Source: Octopus sinensis
Taxonomy: Eukaryota
NCBI RefSeq assembly: GCF_006345805.1
Contig: NC_043009.1
Coordinates: forward strand, 66,898,001-66,962,000
Length of the DNA: 64,000 bases
Direction: 5' to 3'
Positions 12,305 through 26,040 of this stretch are shown one piece after another; the first letter of the stretch is position 1, and every line of letters starts with the position of its first letter. Under the pieces are notes generated by a model, which saw nothing but the letters and a program-made list of their open reading frames with translations, did not search any database and had not been told where the DNA came from. A program made the position numbers and the translations under genes.

Positions 12305-13373
12305 TCATCATCATCATTGTTCGACCGTGGTCGAGACAATGGAATTTACCATGTTGCGCCAGACTTCACGGTCCATCATAGCATTACGGAGGTCCTGTTG
12401 CTGGATGCCTGTATCCCTGGAGATTACATCAGGGTAGGAGAGTGTGCGCCCTCTGGTTGTTGCGAGTAGATGGCTTCCAGAGGAGAAGAGAGAAATTACC
12501 TTTTTCAGCTCTACAACAATGTCCAGCAAACTGGACTCTCCTACCCTTCACAAGAGATGACACAGGTGGTAATTTCCCATATATTTGCATTTTAGTTGGA
12601 TGGCGCCTCCACGAGAGATTTTGAGCTCTCATAAGGAGGCGAGTGTAGGTTCCATCCAACCGCTCTCAAGCTTCTTTGATAACGTCCAGGTTTCTGAGCC
12701 ATATAGTAGGATTGGTTCGACTGTGGCTTTGAATATTTCAAGTTTGAAGTCTCTACTTAGATTTGATGACCAGATCTTATGCATGTCATTACAGGCTGAC
12801 CAGGCCATACCCTTTCTAGTTAGAAAGTCTTTTCCAGATGATGATATGTATGACCCAAGATATTTATAATCAGAAACCATATTTAAGGGCGCATTGTTGA
12901 GAGTGTGGATGATGCAATCACTGTTGGACAGGCACTTGTTTATGTATTCAGTTTTGGCCTCATTAAGGTAAAGACCTACACAATTTGAGGCTTGTTCAAG
13001 AGATTGTAAAAGAGACTGGGCATTGGAGAGAGAATCACTGATAAGAGCGATGTCGTCAGCAAAGTCAGTGTCTGTCAAGTACTCAGCTGGGTGTCTGGAA
13101 CTTCTTCTTGGTTTTATTTCAAAGCCCTTGCCAGAGATGGTATCAACTGACATACGTAGCACATAATCAACAACAATGATGAAAAGAAATGGGGCGAGTG
13201 TGTCTCCCTGCAGTATTCCGGCCTCGATCGAGAAAGATGATGTTTCTCCATCAGGGGTTAAGATGGTTGAAGACGTATCTGTGTAGAGGACCTTGATGGC
13301 AGAAATAATTTTGTCTGGTATCCCATAGAGCTTAAGGATTTCAAACATCTTGCACCTATCTACAGAATCGAAC
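12305..13373 (-). mobile_element. 5'-truncated RTE-like LINE (reverse transcriptase C-terminal half) with (TGA)n tail and 8-bp TSD
   Basis: AFDSVDR, GILQGDTLAPFLF, DFADD, YKYLGS and ILLYGSETW; frameshifts near 12650 and 12490; TSD GCTTACAA at 12297-12304 and 13374-13381. Confidence 0.9.
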
Positions 13374-14211
13374 GCTTACAAACACCTTCCACGCTGCAAT
13401 TGTTTTCGTTTCAGCACACGATCTCAGATCAAATTACTTGCTATGCGAGTACATCTCAATATATATATATATATGTGTGTGTGTGTGGTGTGTGTGTGTG
13501 TGGTGGTGTGTGGTATGTGTGTGTGTGTGTTATGTGTGTGTGTATGATGTATATATATATATATATATTATATATATATAGTATATATATATATATATTA
13601 TATATATATCAAAGGAGCAAAAATACTGGTATATATTTATATATAAGTGCATATAAGTATGTATCATTGTACAAGAAAAGAGCATATTTCGCAGCCGAGA
13701 TGATGTAAAATCTTGAAAAGTTGCTGGTGTGCAAATCGCATCTAGTCTGGTGCTTATTGTATTATATAACTTCAAATAGATATTGCGTTGACACTAACAA
13801 TCCATCACATAATACAGCTTTAATAGATCGGCTCCCTCGTAATTTAAAAATATGGTCTACGCAGAAAGCAGTCATTGGAAGAAACATAAATAATACTAAT
13901 AAATACTAACATACATCACTCAAGCCGTATATTTTGGAGAAGAGTTTTAATACATATCTTATTGCATGATATAAAGAAACCTTAATCAATATATTCCTAC
14001 AGGATATAAAGCATCAATGCGTCTATATTCATAAGAACACGATTCATGCGACTGTTAGCTACATCAACCGATAGTAAAATCCACGACTGACTTACGTTCG
14101 CTGTTGTAAAGGAATTGTGTTTTTATGCAAGAGTAACATGTTAGCAAATAATTATGCATGAAATACTAACCGCTTCCATTACCCTGGAAATCTTTTGAAT
14201 ATCGGTTTCAG

Positions 14212-14412
14212 ATTTCGGCACAAGGCCAGCAGTTTCGGGGGAAGGGGTAAGTCGATAACATTGAACTCGGTGCTCGACTGGTACTTATTTTATCGATCTC
14301 GAAAGGATGAAAGGCAAAGTCGGAAAACGGCGGAATTGCGACTTGGAATGTAAAGACGGGCTAAATGCGGCCAAACATTTTGCCCGGCGTGCTAACGCTT
14401 CTGCCAGCTCGC
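14212..14412 (-). mobile_element. SINE family B copy
   Basis: Reverse complement of the 8591 head and body. Confidence 0.75.
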
Positions 14413-14448
14413 AGCCTTTGTGGGGGATTTCATTTGATATATATATAT

Positions 14449-14480
<32 letters not shown>

Positions 14481-15469
14481 CATGCGTCAAGCATATTTGA
14501 ACTTGTAATAAGCTTGTCTTTCACAACAAAATTGACTGCCTCGATGCCTATAATGTCGGACACCATTTCTGTGAAGTTGTCTGGCATAGGCCAATACGGC
14601 TCTCCTTCATCACATTTTGAACTGGTTGCCCTTCCGAAAATGAGACCGAAACCGGCTTTTCTGGAGGAAACTTTCGCTAAATAAAGAAGTCAGACATTAA
14701 TAGGTCCTCAATTAATCTAAATTGACCAAAACCCCAATAAAACTAGCTGCGATACAAACACCCTCATATTTTGAATCGCATGATGTCATGAAGAGAGCTT
14801 TTCAGAATCGCACATCTCTTTGCGTTCGTAGACATTCTTGCCGACCACAAGTGCCAATCTTTTTGCTGCGCCTTGGACAAAATCATAAACTCAACATTCA
14901 GCAGAAATAATAATGAGAAAATGTTTCTAATTTTGTATAATGTGAGTTATAAACAGCGTGAATACGAAGAATAAAAGGGAAAAAAAACAATATTTATAAG
15001 CAATAAAGCCAGAAAGACAAACAAAGCAACGACGACAACAACAACAATATCAACATTAACATAAACGTTTGGTTGGTTGCTACCTGAGGAAATTATGCCT
15101 GAAGACAGAAGGAAGCATAAATCTTCTTCTTCCGATTGTTGCCGTTTAATGGTCCAGAAATAACATGACAAAAATTAGCCCACGTTGTCTTTTCCTATTT
15201 CTTTCTCTGCGTGCGTTCATTATTTCTTTCAGTGAATGTATCTATGCGTGTGTGTGTGTGTGCGTGTGTGTGTGCGCGCGTGTGTGTGTGTGTTATTTTT
15301 ATGTTCTTATTATATTTTTTTCATTTCACCCCGTAAAACAGTTACCTTGAAAGTGTGTGGTGACGGTGAAGTGGAGAGGGTAGCAAGGTAAGGGACGGGG
15401 GTGGTGTACTGGTTCGGGGGGGGGGTTCTAATGGCGGATGACGTTGCTGTAGCTGTTCTTGTTTTTGTT

Positions 15470-18428
15470 TCGGTGGTGGTGGCGGCGGCGATGGAGGCGG
15501 CGGCGGCAGCGACGGTGTGGCAGTGGTGGTGGTGGTGGTTTCTGGTGGTGGTGGTGGTGGTGCTGGTGGTGGTGGTGGGGTGGTGCTTGTGGTGGTGCTG
15601 GTGGTGGGTGGTGTGGTGGTGGTGGTGGTGTGGTGGTGCTGGTGGTGCTGGTGGTCGGTGGTGGTGGTGGTGATGGTGGTGCTGGTGTGGTGGTGATGGT
15701 GGGTGGTGGTGGTGGTGTGGTGCTGGTGGTGCTGGGGTGGTGATGGTGGTGGGTGGTGTGGTGGGATGGTGGTGATGGTGCTGGTGGTGATGGTGGTGGT
15801 GGTGGTGATGGTGGTGGTGGTGCTGGTGGTTGGTGGTGGTTGGTGCTGGTGGTGGTGGGGTGCTGGTGGTGGTGGTGGGTGGTGGTGCTGGTGGTGGTGG
15901 TGGCTGGTGGTGGGTGGTGGTGGTGGTGGTGGTGGTGTGGTGGTGATGGTGGTGATGGTGCTGGTGCTGGTGGGATGGTGGTGCTGGTGGTGCTGGTGGT
16001 GGTGGTTGGTGGTGGTGGTGCTGGTGGTGGTGGTGGTGGGTGGTGGTGGTGGTGGTGGTGGTGATGGTGGTGCTGGTGCTGGTGGTGAGGTGGTGATGGT
16101 GGTGATGGTGGTGATGGTGTGGTGGTGATGGTGGTGCTTGTGGTGGGGCTGGTGGTGGTGGTGGTGGTGGTGGTGATGGTGTGGTGGGTTGCTGGTGGTG
16201 ATGGTGGTGCTGGTGGTGCGGTGGTGGTGGGGTGGTGGGTGGTGGTGTGGTGGTGGTGGTGGTGCTGGTGGTGCTGGTGGTGGTGGTGATGGTGGGGCTG
16301 GTGCTGGTGGTGCTGGTGGTGATGGGTTGGTGATGGTGGTGCTGGTGCTGGTGGTGATGGTGGTGATGGTGGTGATGGTGTGTGGTGCTGGTGGTGATTG
16401 GTGTGGTGATGGTGGTGCTGGTGCTGGTGGTGGGGTGGTGATGGTGGTGATGGTGGTGCTGGTGCTGGTGGTGCTGGTGGTGATGGTGGTGATGTGTGCT
16501 GGTGTGGTGGTCTGGTGGATGGTGGTGATGGTGGTGATGGTGGTGATGGTGGTGATGGTGGTGCTGGTGGTGGTGGGTGGTGGTGCTGGTGGTGGTGTTG
16601 TGGTGGTGATGGTGGTGCTGGTGTGGTGGTGGTGGTGGTGGTGGTGGTGATGGTGGTGGTGCTGGTGCTGGTGGTGATGGTGGCTGGTGGTGCTGGTGGT
16701 GGTGGTGGTGGTGGTGCTGGTGGTGGGGGTGATGTGTGGTGGTGGTGGTGGTGGTGGTGTGATGGTGGTGCTGGTGATGGTGGTGCTGGTGGTGATGGTG
16801 GTTGATGGTGGTGCTGGTGCTGGTGGTGATGGTGTGTGGTGGTGGTGCTGGTGGGGTGGTGGTGGTGGTGATGGTGGTGATGGTGCTGGTGGTGATGGTG
16901 GTGCTGTGGTGATGGTGGTGGTGGTGGGTGGTGGTGATGGTGGTGTGGTGTGGTGGTGATGGTGGTGTGGTGGTGATGGTGTGTGGTGGTGATGATGGGG
17001 GTGATGGTGGTGATGGTGCTGGTGGTGGTGGTGGTGGTGATGGTGGTGATGGTGTGGTGGTGATGGTGGTGATGGTGGTGATGGTGGTGCTGGTGCTGGT
17101 GGTGATGGTGGTGATGGTGGTGTGGTGGTGTGGTGGTGCTGGTGGTGCCGGTGCTGGTGGTGCTGGTGGTGATGGTGGTGATGGTGGTGCTGGTGCTGGT
17201 GGTGTGATGGTGGTGCTGCTGTGGTGGTGGTGGTGGTGGTGGTGGTGGTGATGGTGGTGGTGGTGGTGTGGTGGTGATGGTTGGTGCTGGTGCTGGTGGT
17301 TGCTGGTGTTGCTGTGGTGATGGTGGTGGTGTGGTGGTGGTGTGGTGGTGGGTGGTGGTGATGGTGGTGGGCTGGTGCTGTGTGGTGGTGATGGTGGTGC
17401 TGGTGGTGCTGGTGGTTGCTGGTGTGGGTGGGTGTGTGGTGGTGGTGGTGGTGCTGGTGGTGGTGGTGGTGGGTGGTGGATGGTGGTGATGGTGGTGATG
17501 GTGGTGCTGGTGGTGGTGGTGGGTGGTGGTGATGGTGGTGGCTGGTGGTGATGTGGTGCTGGTGGTGATGGTGGGCTGGTGGGTGGTGATGGTGGTGGTG
17601 GTGTGGTGGTGATGGTTGGTGTGGTGGTGGTGCTGGTGGTGATGGTGGTGGATGGTGCTGGTGGTGCTGGTGGTGGTGGTGGATGGTGGTGGTGGTGCTG
17701 GTGGTGCTGGTGGTGGTGGTGATGGTGGTGATGGTTGGTGTGGTGCTGGTGGTGCTGGTGGTGCTGGTGGTGGTGGTGGTGCTGGTGTGCTGGTGGTGCT
17801 GGTGGTGGTGGTGTTGTGGTGGTGTGGTGCTGGTGGTGATGGTGGTGATGGTGGTTGGTGGTGGTGGTGGTGTGGTGTGGTGGTTGCTGGTGTGCTGGTG
17901 GTGCTGGTGGTGCTGGTGGTGGTGGTGTGGTGGTGGTGCTGGTGGTGATGGTGGTGATGGTGTGTGGTGGTGGTGGTGGTGGTGGTGATGGTGGTGGTGC
18001 TGGTGGTGTGATGGTGGTGGTGGTTTTGCTGGTGGTGTGGTGGTGTGGTGGTGCTGGTGTGGTGCTGGTGGTGGTTGCTGGTGGTGCTGGTGGTGGTGGT
18101 GGTGGTGGTGGTTGCTGGTGGTGATGGTGCTGGTGGTGGTGGTGGTGGTGGTGTGTGGTGTGGTGGTGCTGGTGGTGCTGGTGGTGGTGGATGGTGGTGG
18201 TGGTGGTGGTGGTGGTGATGGTGGTGGTGGTGCTGGTGGTGCTGGTGGTGATGGTGGTGGTGGTGATGGTGTGGTGCTGGTGGTGCTGGTGCTGGTGGTG
18301 GTGCTGGTGGTGATGGTGGTGGTGGTGGTGCTGGTGGTGCTGGTGGTGCTGGTGCTGGTGGTGGGTGGTGGTGGTGATGGTGGTGGTGGTGCTGGTGGTG
18401 CTGGTGGTGCTGGTGGTGGTGGTGGTGG

Positions 18429-18459
<31 letters not shown>

Positions 18460-19706
18460 GGTGATGGTGGTGCTGGTGCTGGTGGTGGTGGTGGTGGTGG
18501 TGGTGATGGTGGTGGTGGTGCTGGTGGTGGTGGTGGTGGTGGTGATGGTGGTGCTGGTGGGGGTGGTGGTGGTGGTGCTGGTGCTGGTGGTGGTGGTGGG
18601 TGGTGGTGATTGGTGGTGGGTGGTGCTGGTGGTGATGGTGGTGCTGGTGCTGGTGGTGCTGGTGGTGCTGGGGTGGTGGTGGTGGTGGTGGTGGTGTGTG
18701 CTGGTGGTGGTGGTGTGGTGGTGATGGTGGTGTGATGTGGTGTTGGTGGTGGGTGGTGTGGTGGTGATGGTGGTGTCTGGTGGTGATGGTGGTGTGGTGG
18801 TGATGGTGAGGTGCTTGTGGTGGTGATGGTTGGTGCTTGGTGGTGGTGGTGGTGTGGTGCTGGTGTGGTGCTGGTGGTGCTGGTGGTGCTGGTGGTGATG
18901 GTGGTGCTGGTGGTTGATGTGGTGCTGGTGGTGCTGGTGGTGGTGGTGGTGGTGGTGCTGGTGGTGATGGTGGTGATGGTGGTGTGTGTGGTGGTGGTGA
19001 TGGTGTGTGGTGGTGATGGTGGTGGTGGTGGTGATGGTGGTTGCTGTGGTGGTGATGTGGTGTGGTTGTGCTGGTGGGGTGGTGTGGTGGTGGTGGTGGT
19101 GATGGTGATGGTGGTGGTGATGGTGATGGTGGTGCTTGTGGTGCTGGTGGTGATGGTGCGTGGTGGTGTGGTGGTGATGGTGGTGGTGGTGGTTGCTGGG
19201 TGTCGTGCTGGTGTGTGGTGGTGTGGTGGTGGTGGTGGTGGTGTGATGGTGGTGGTGGTGTGGTTGCTGGTGCTGGTGGTGGTGTGGTGGTGTGGTGGTG
19301 GTGGTGGTGATGGTGATGGTGGTGCTGGTTGGTGTGGTGCTGGTGGTGGTGGTGGTGGCTGGTGATGGTGGTGGTGGTGGTGGTGGTGGTGGTTTGGCTG
19401 GTGGTGGTGCTGGTGGTGGGCTGGTGGTGCTGGTGTGGTGGTGGTGCTGTGATGGTGGTGCTGGTGCTGGTGGTGCTGGTGGTGCTGGTGGTGCTGGTGG
19501 TGGTGGTGGTGGTGTGGTGGTTGGGGGTGTGCTGGATGGTGGTGATGGTGGTGGGTGGTGCTGTGTGGTGGTGGTGCTGGTGGTGGTGCTGGTGATGGTT
19601 GGTGCTGGTGATGTGGTGTGCTGGTGGTCTGTGGTGATGGTGGGTGGTGGTGGTGGTGGGTGGTGGTGGTGGTGGTGTTGGTGGTGTGGTGGTGGTGGTG
19701 GTGGTG

Positions 19707-19737
<31 letters not shown>

Positions 19738-22700
19738 GGTGGTGGTGCTGGTGGGTGGTGGTGTGGTGATGGTGGGGTGATGGTGGTGGTGTTGAGGTGG
19801 TGATGGTGGTGCGGTGGTGGTAGGGTGGTGGTGGTGCTGGTGGTGGTGGTGGTGGTGGTGGTGGGTGGTGGTGGTGGTGGTGGGGTTGGTGGTGGTGGTG
19901 GTGGTGGATGTGGTGGTGGTGATGGTGGTGGTGGTGGTGGTGGTGTTGCTGGTGCTGGTGGTGCTGGTGGTGTGGTGGTGGTGGTGGTGCTGGTGCTGGG
20001 TGGTGCTGGTGGTGCTGGTGGTGCTGGTGGTGGTGGTGGTGGTGGTGATGGTGGTTGCTGGTGTGGTGATGGTTGGTGGTGCTGGTGGTGATGTGGTGGT
20101 GATGGTGTGGTGATGGTGGTGCTGGTGGTGTGATGGTGGTGATTGGTGGTGGTGATTGATGGTGGTGATGGTGCTGGTGGTGTGGTGGTGCTGGTGCGGT
20201 GGTGGTGCTGGTGATGGTGGTGCTGGTTGCTGGTGTGTGGTGGTGTGGTGGTGGTGGTGGTGATGGTGATGGTGGTGCTGGTGCTGGTGGTGCTGGTGGT
20301 GCTGGTGGTGCTGGTGGTGGTGGTTGGTGGTGGTGGTGTGGTGGTGGTGGTGGTGGTGGTTGGTGGTGGTGGTGGTGCTGGTTGTGGTGGTGCGGTGGGT
20401 GGGGTGTGGTGGTGGTGGGTGGTGGTGGTGATGGTGGTGGTGGTGCTGGTGGTGATGGTGGTGCTGGTGCTGGTGGTGCGGTGGTGCTGGTGGTGCTGGG
20501 GTGCTGGTGTCTGTTGGTGTGGTGGTGCTGGTGGTGATGGTGGTGCTGGTGGTGCTGGTGGTGCTGGTGGTGGTGGTGGTGCTGGTGATGGTGGTGCTGG
20601 TGCTGGTGGTGATGTGGTGCTGGTGGTGCTGGTGGTTGGTGGATGGTGGTGGTGGTGTGGTGGGATGTGTGATGGTGGTGCTGGTGCTGGTGGTGGTGAT
20701 GGTGGTGATGGTGGTGCTGGTGGTGGTTGGTGGTGGTGGTGCTGTGGTGGTGGTGCTGGTGGGTGGTGGTGGTGGTGGTGATGGTGGTGGCTAGGTGATG
20801 GTGGTGATGGTGGTGATGTGGTGATGGTGGTGGTGCTGGTTGCTGGTGGTGATGGTGGTGCTGGTGGTGCTGGTGGTGGTGGGGATGGTGGTGGTGGTGA
20901 TGGTGGTGCTGGTGCTGGTGGTGATGTGTGTGGTGGCTGGTGAGTGATGGTGGTGGTGGGGTGGTGTGGTGCTGGGGTGGTGGTGCTGGTGGTTGACGGG
21001 GGTGGTGGGTTGGATAGATTGGTGAGTGCTGGTGCTGGTGGTGTGGTGGTGGTGATGTGGTGAGGGTGTGTGGTGCTGGTGGTGATGGTGGTGATGGTGT
21101 GGTGATGGTGGTGCTGGTGCTGGTGGTGCATGGTGGTGATGGTGGTGTGGTGCTTGATGGGGATGGTGGATGGTTGGTGAGGGTGGTGATGGTGATGGTG
21201 GGATGGTGGATGATGGTGGATGATGGTGGCCTCAGGTGATGGTGTATGGGTGGTGATGGTGGTGATGGTGGTGATGGTGGTGTGGTGGTGCTGGTGGTGG
21301 TGGTGGTGGTGGTGCTGGTGGTGCTGGTGCTGGTGGTGATGGTGGTGATGGTGGTATGGGGTGGTGGTGGTGGTGTGATGGTGGAGTGCTTGCGGTGCTG
21401 GTGGTGATGGTGGTGCTGGTGGTGATGGTGGTGGGTGGGGTGGTGGTGGTGCTGGGGTGGGGTTGGTGCTGGTGGTGGTGGTGGTGGTGGTGATGTGGTA
21501 TGGGATGGTGCTGGTGGTAGTGCTGATGGTGTGGTGCATGGTGGTGATGGTGGATGGTGGTGTGGTGATGGTGGTGATGTGGTGGTGCTGGTGGTGTGGT
21601 GTGGTGGTGGTGATGGTGGTGTGATGGTGATGGCTGGTGATGGTGGGGTGTTGATGGTGGTGATGGTGGTTGGTGGTGCTGGTGGTGTGGTGGTGGTGAG
21701 GGTGTGGTGCTGGTGCTGGTGGTGATGGTGGTGATGGTGGTGATGGTGGTGGTGGTGATGGTGGTGCGGTGGTGATGGTGGTTGATGGTGCTGGTGGTGG
21801 TGGTGGTGATGGTGGATGTGGTGCTGGTGGTGATGGTGATGATGGTGAGGTGGTGATGGTGGTTGCGGTGATGGTGGTGATGGTGGTGGTGGTGTGCTGG
21901 TGGTGCTGGTGGTGGTGGTGGTGGTGCGGTGCTGGTGGTGCTGGTGGTGATGGTGTGGTTGATGGTGGTGCTGTGCTGTGTGGTGATGGTTGGTGCTGGT
22001 GGTGGTGGTGGTGGTGGTGGTGGTGGTGATGGTGGTGGTGGTGTTGGTGGTGGTGATGGTGGTGCTGGTGTGGTGGTTGTGGTTTGGGGATGGTGGTGAT
22101 GAGGTGGTGGTGGTGGTGGTGGGTGGTGGTGATGGTGGTGCTGGTGCTGGTGGTGATTGGTGGTTGCTGGTGGTGCTGGTGGTGTGCGGTGGGGTGGTGG
22201 TGATGGTGGTGTGGTGGTGCTGGTGGTGGTGGTGGTGGTGGTGATGGTGGTGATAGGTGGTGTGCTTGGTGGTGGTTGTGGTGGTGGTGGTGGATGGTGG
22301 TGCTGGTGGGTATGGTGGTGCTGGTGGTGATGGTGGTGTGCATGGTGGTGATGGCTGGTGGTGGTGGTGGTGGTGAGTGATGGTGTGTGTGGTGGTGAGG
22401 GTGGGGATGGTGGTGATAGTGCTGGTGGGGATAGTGGCGGTGGTGGTGATGGTGGTGGGGTGTGATGGTGGTGCTGGTGGTGGTGGTGATGGTGGTGATG
22501 GTGGTGATGGTGGTGCTGGTGGTGTGGTGGTTGATGGTGGTGGTGGTGGTGGTGATGGTGGTTGATGGTGGTGATGGTGGTGGTGGTGGTGATGGTGGTG
22601 GTGGTGGTGCTGGTGGTGATGGATGGTGATGGTGTGGTGGTGGTGGTGGTGGTGCTGGTGGGATGGTGTTGAGTGATGGTGTGCTGGTGGTGATGGTGGT

Positions 22701-25700
22701 GCTGGTGGTGGTGGGGTGATGGTGGTGATGGTGGTGGCGTGGTGTGGTGGTGGTGGTGGTGGTTGGTGGTGGTGATGGTGATGGTGGTGATGGTGGTGGT
22801 GATGGTGGTGGTGGTGAAGGGTGGTGATGGTGGTGGTGATGGATGGGGTGGTGGTTGATGGTGGTGTGGTGATGGTGGTGCTGGTGGTGGTGAGTGGTGT
22901 GGTGTGTGTGTGGTGGTGGTGGTGTGTGGTGGTGATGGTGATGGTGGTGGTGGTGGCTGTGTGGTGGTGGATGGTGGTGGTGGTGGATGGTGGTGGTGGT
23001 GGTGGATGTGGTGGTGGTGGTGATGGTGGTGGTGGTGGTGGTGGTGGTGATGTGGTGTTGTGGTGTGATGTGGTGCTGGTGGTTGATGGTGGGTGGTGGT
23101 GATGGTGGTGATGGTGGTGATGGTGGTGATGGTGCTGTGGTGGTGGTGATGGTGGTGATGGTGGTTGGTGGGTGATGGTGGTGATGGTGGTGATGGTGGT
23201 GGTGGTGGTGGTGGTGTGTGGTGATGGTGGTGGTGTGGTGATGGTGTGTGGTGGTGCTGGTGCTGGTGGTGGTGGTGGGTGGTGGTGATGGGGGTGGTGG
23301 TGCTGGTGGTGATGGTGGTGATGGTGCTGGTGGGTGGTGTTGGTGGTGGTGGTGATGGTGGTGGTGGTGCTGGTGTGGTGGTGGTGGTGGTGGTGATGGT
23401 GGTGGTGGCTGGTTGCTGGTGGTTGTGGTGGTGATGGTGATGGTGGTGGTGGTGGTGGTGGGTGGTGGTGGTAGGTGGTGTGGTGGTGGTGCTGGGTGGT
23501 GATGGTGGTGCTGGTGATGGTGGTGCTGGTGGTTGCTGGTGGTGGTGGTGGTGCTGGTGGTGGGTGGTGTGGTGGTGGTGGTGGTGGTGGTGATGGTGGT
23601 GGATGGTGGTGATGGTGGTGGTTGGGTGGTGGTGGATGGTGGTGATGGTGGTGATGGTGGGGGTGATGGTGGTTGATGGTGGTGATGTGGTGATGGTGGT
23701 GGTGTGTGGTGATGGTGGTGTGGTGGTTGGTGTGGTGCTGGTGGTGCTGGTGGTGCTGGTGTGGTGTGGTGGTGATGGTGGTTGATGGTGGTGATGGTGG
23801 TGATGGTGGTTGTGGTGGTGGTGGTGGTGGTGGGGTGCTTGGTGGGGGCTGGTGGTGCTGGTGCGGTGGTGGTGGTGGTGGTGATGGTGGTGGTGGTGGT
23901 GATGGTGGTGTGAGGTGGTGATGGTGGTGATGGTGGTGATGGTGGTGCTGGTGGTGATGTGGTGGTGGTGGTGCTGGTGATGGTGGTGATGGTGGGGGTG
24001 GTGTGTGGTGGTTGGTGGTGTGCTGGTGGTGGTGGTGATGGTGGTGGTGGGTGGTGATGGTGGTGGTGGTGGGTGGTGGTGGTGGTCTGGTGGTGGTTGG
24101 TGATGGTGCTGGTGGTGGTGGTGGTGGTTGGTGATGGTGGGTGGTGGGGGGTTGTGGGTGGGTGGTGCTGGTGGTGATGGTTGGTGGTGGTTGTGGTGGT
24201 GGTGATGGTGGTGCTGGGATGGTGGTGTGGTTGGTGGTGGTGGTGGTGGTGGTGGTGGTGGTTGGTGGGTGATGGTGGGTGGTGGTTGGTGGTGGGTGGT
24301 GCTGGTGGTGGTGTGGTGGTGGTGCTGGATGGTGATGGTGGGTGCTGGTGATGATGGTGGTGGTGGTGCTGGTGATGGTGGTGATGGTGCTGGTGGTGCT
24401 GGTGGTGCTGGTGGTGATGGTTGGTGGTGGTGGTGGTGTGGTGGTGGTGGTGCTGGTGGTGGTGCTGGTGTGGTGGGATGTGGGTGTGATGGTGCTGGTG
24501 GTGGTGATGGTGATGGTGGTGATGGTGATGGTGGTGCTGGTGGTGTGGTGGTGGTGTGGTGGTGGTGGTGGTGGTGGTGTGGTGGTGGTGGTGTGGTGGT
24601 GGTGGTGGTTGGGGGTGGTGGTGGTGGTGGTTGGTGGTGGTGGTGATGGTGGTTGGGGTGATGGTGGTGGTGGTGGTGATGGTGTGGTGCGGTGGTGGTG
24701 GTGGTGGTGGTGTGGTGGGGTGGTTGGTTGGTGGTGGTGTGGTGGTGTGATGGTGGTATGGTGGTGGTGGTGGTGGTGGTGGTGGTGGTGGTGGTTGTGG
24801 TGCTGGTGTGGTGGTGGTGGTGGTGCTGGTGGTGGATGGTGGTGGTGGTGGTGGTGGTGGTGTGGTGGTGCTGGTGGTGGTGGTTCTGGTGGTGTGTGGT
24901 GGTGGGTGGTGGTGGTGCTGGTGTGATGGTGGTGGTGTGGTGATGGTGGTCTGGTGTGTGGTGGTGGTGGTGGTGGTGATGGTGGTGCTGGTGGTGATGG
25001 TGGTGCTGGTGGTGATGGTGGTGATGTAGGTGGTGATGGTGGTGCTGGTGGTGATGGTGGGTGGTGGTGATGGTGGTTGCTGGTGATGGTGGTGGTGGTG
25101 GTGGTGCTGGTGCTGGTGGTGGTGATGGTGATGGTGGTGGGCTGGTGCTGGTGGTGCTGGTGGGTTGGTGGTGGTGGTGGTGTGGTGATGGTGGTGCTGG
25201 TGCTGGTGGTGTGGTGGTGCTGGTGGTGCTTGGTGGTGGTGGTTGGTGGTGGTGATGGTGGTGGTGGTGGTGGTGGTTGGTGGTGGTGGTGGTGGTGCTG
25301 GTGCTGGTGGTGCTGGTGGTTGTGGTGGTGTGGTGCTGGTGGTGGTTGGTGGTGATGGATGGTGGTGGTGGTGCTGGTGGTGATTGTGGTGATGGTGCTG
25401 GTGGTGCTGGTGGTGATGGTGGTGCTGTGGATGGTGCTGGTGGTGATGGTGGTGCTGGTGGTGTGGTGTTGGTGCTGGTGGTGGTGATTGGTGGTGGTGC
25501 CTGGTGATGGTGTGGTGCTGGTGGTGGTTGTGAGGTGGTGCTGGTGGTGTGCTGGTTGGTGGTGGTGGTGGTGGTGATGGTGGGTGAGGGTGCTGGTGGT
25601 GATGGTGGTGCTGGTGCTGGTGCTGGTGGTGGTGCTGGTGCTGATACTGGTGGCGGCGGTGGTGGTGGTGACGGCGGCGGCGGCGGCGGTGGTGGTGGTG

Positions 25701-26040
25701 GTGGTGGTGGTGGTGGTGGTGACGGCGGCGGCGGTGGTGGTGCTGGTGATGGTGGTGCTGCTGCTGGTGCTGGCGGCGGCGGCGGCGGTGGCGACGGCAG
25801 CAGCGGTGTGGTGGTGGTAGTAGTGGTGGGGGAGTGGTGGTGGGGGTGATGATGGGGTGAATGTGGGGTGTAATGGTGGTGGTGGTGGTGGTGGTGGTGG
25901 TGGTAGTAGTGGTGGTGGTTGTGGCGGTGGTGGTAAAGGTAGCGGAGGGATGGCGTTAGGAGTGATGGCGACGGTGGTAGCGGCTATAGTGGGCGGGTGG
26001 CGGTGGAGGCGGGCGGTTGGCAGTTACAGTAGTGATGGTG
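15470..26040. repeat. ~10.6-kb degenerate (GGT)n trinucleotide array with GAT/GCT/GGC variants
   Basis: Continuous GGT-based repeat, G/T-rich on the plus strand, with many 1-nt phase shifts. Confidence 0.95.

Larger units (their letters stand above)
10359..13404. mobile_element. Penelope-like element: inverted terminal repeat (10359-~10975), GIY-YIG fragment and terminal repeat (~11700-12304, 13374-13404) split by a LINE
   Basis: ~600-bp inverted arms, an endonuclease C-terminus and a hammerhead motif. Confidence 0.75.

Noticed and set aside
15342-22343. 2333-aa Pro/Thr/His-rich ORF (extensin- or mucin-like)
   Set aside because: CCA/CAC/ACC repeats lack stop codons in any frame, and the translation wanders between poly-P, poly-T and poly-H through 1-nt slips. 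There is no signal peptide or unique domain.
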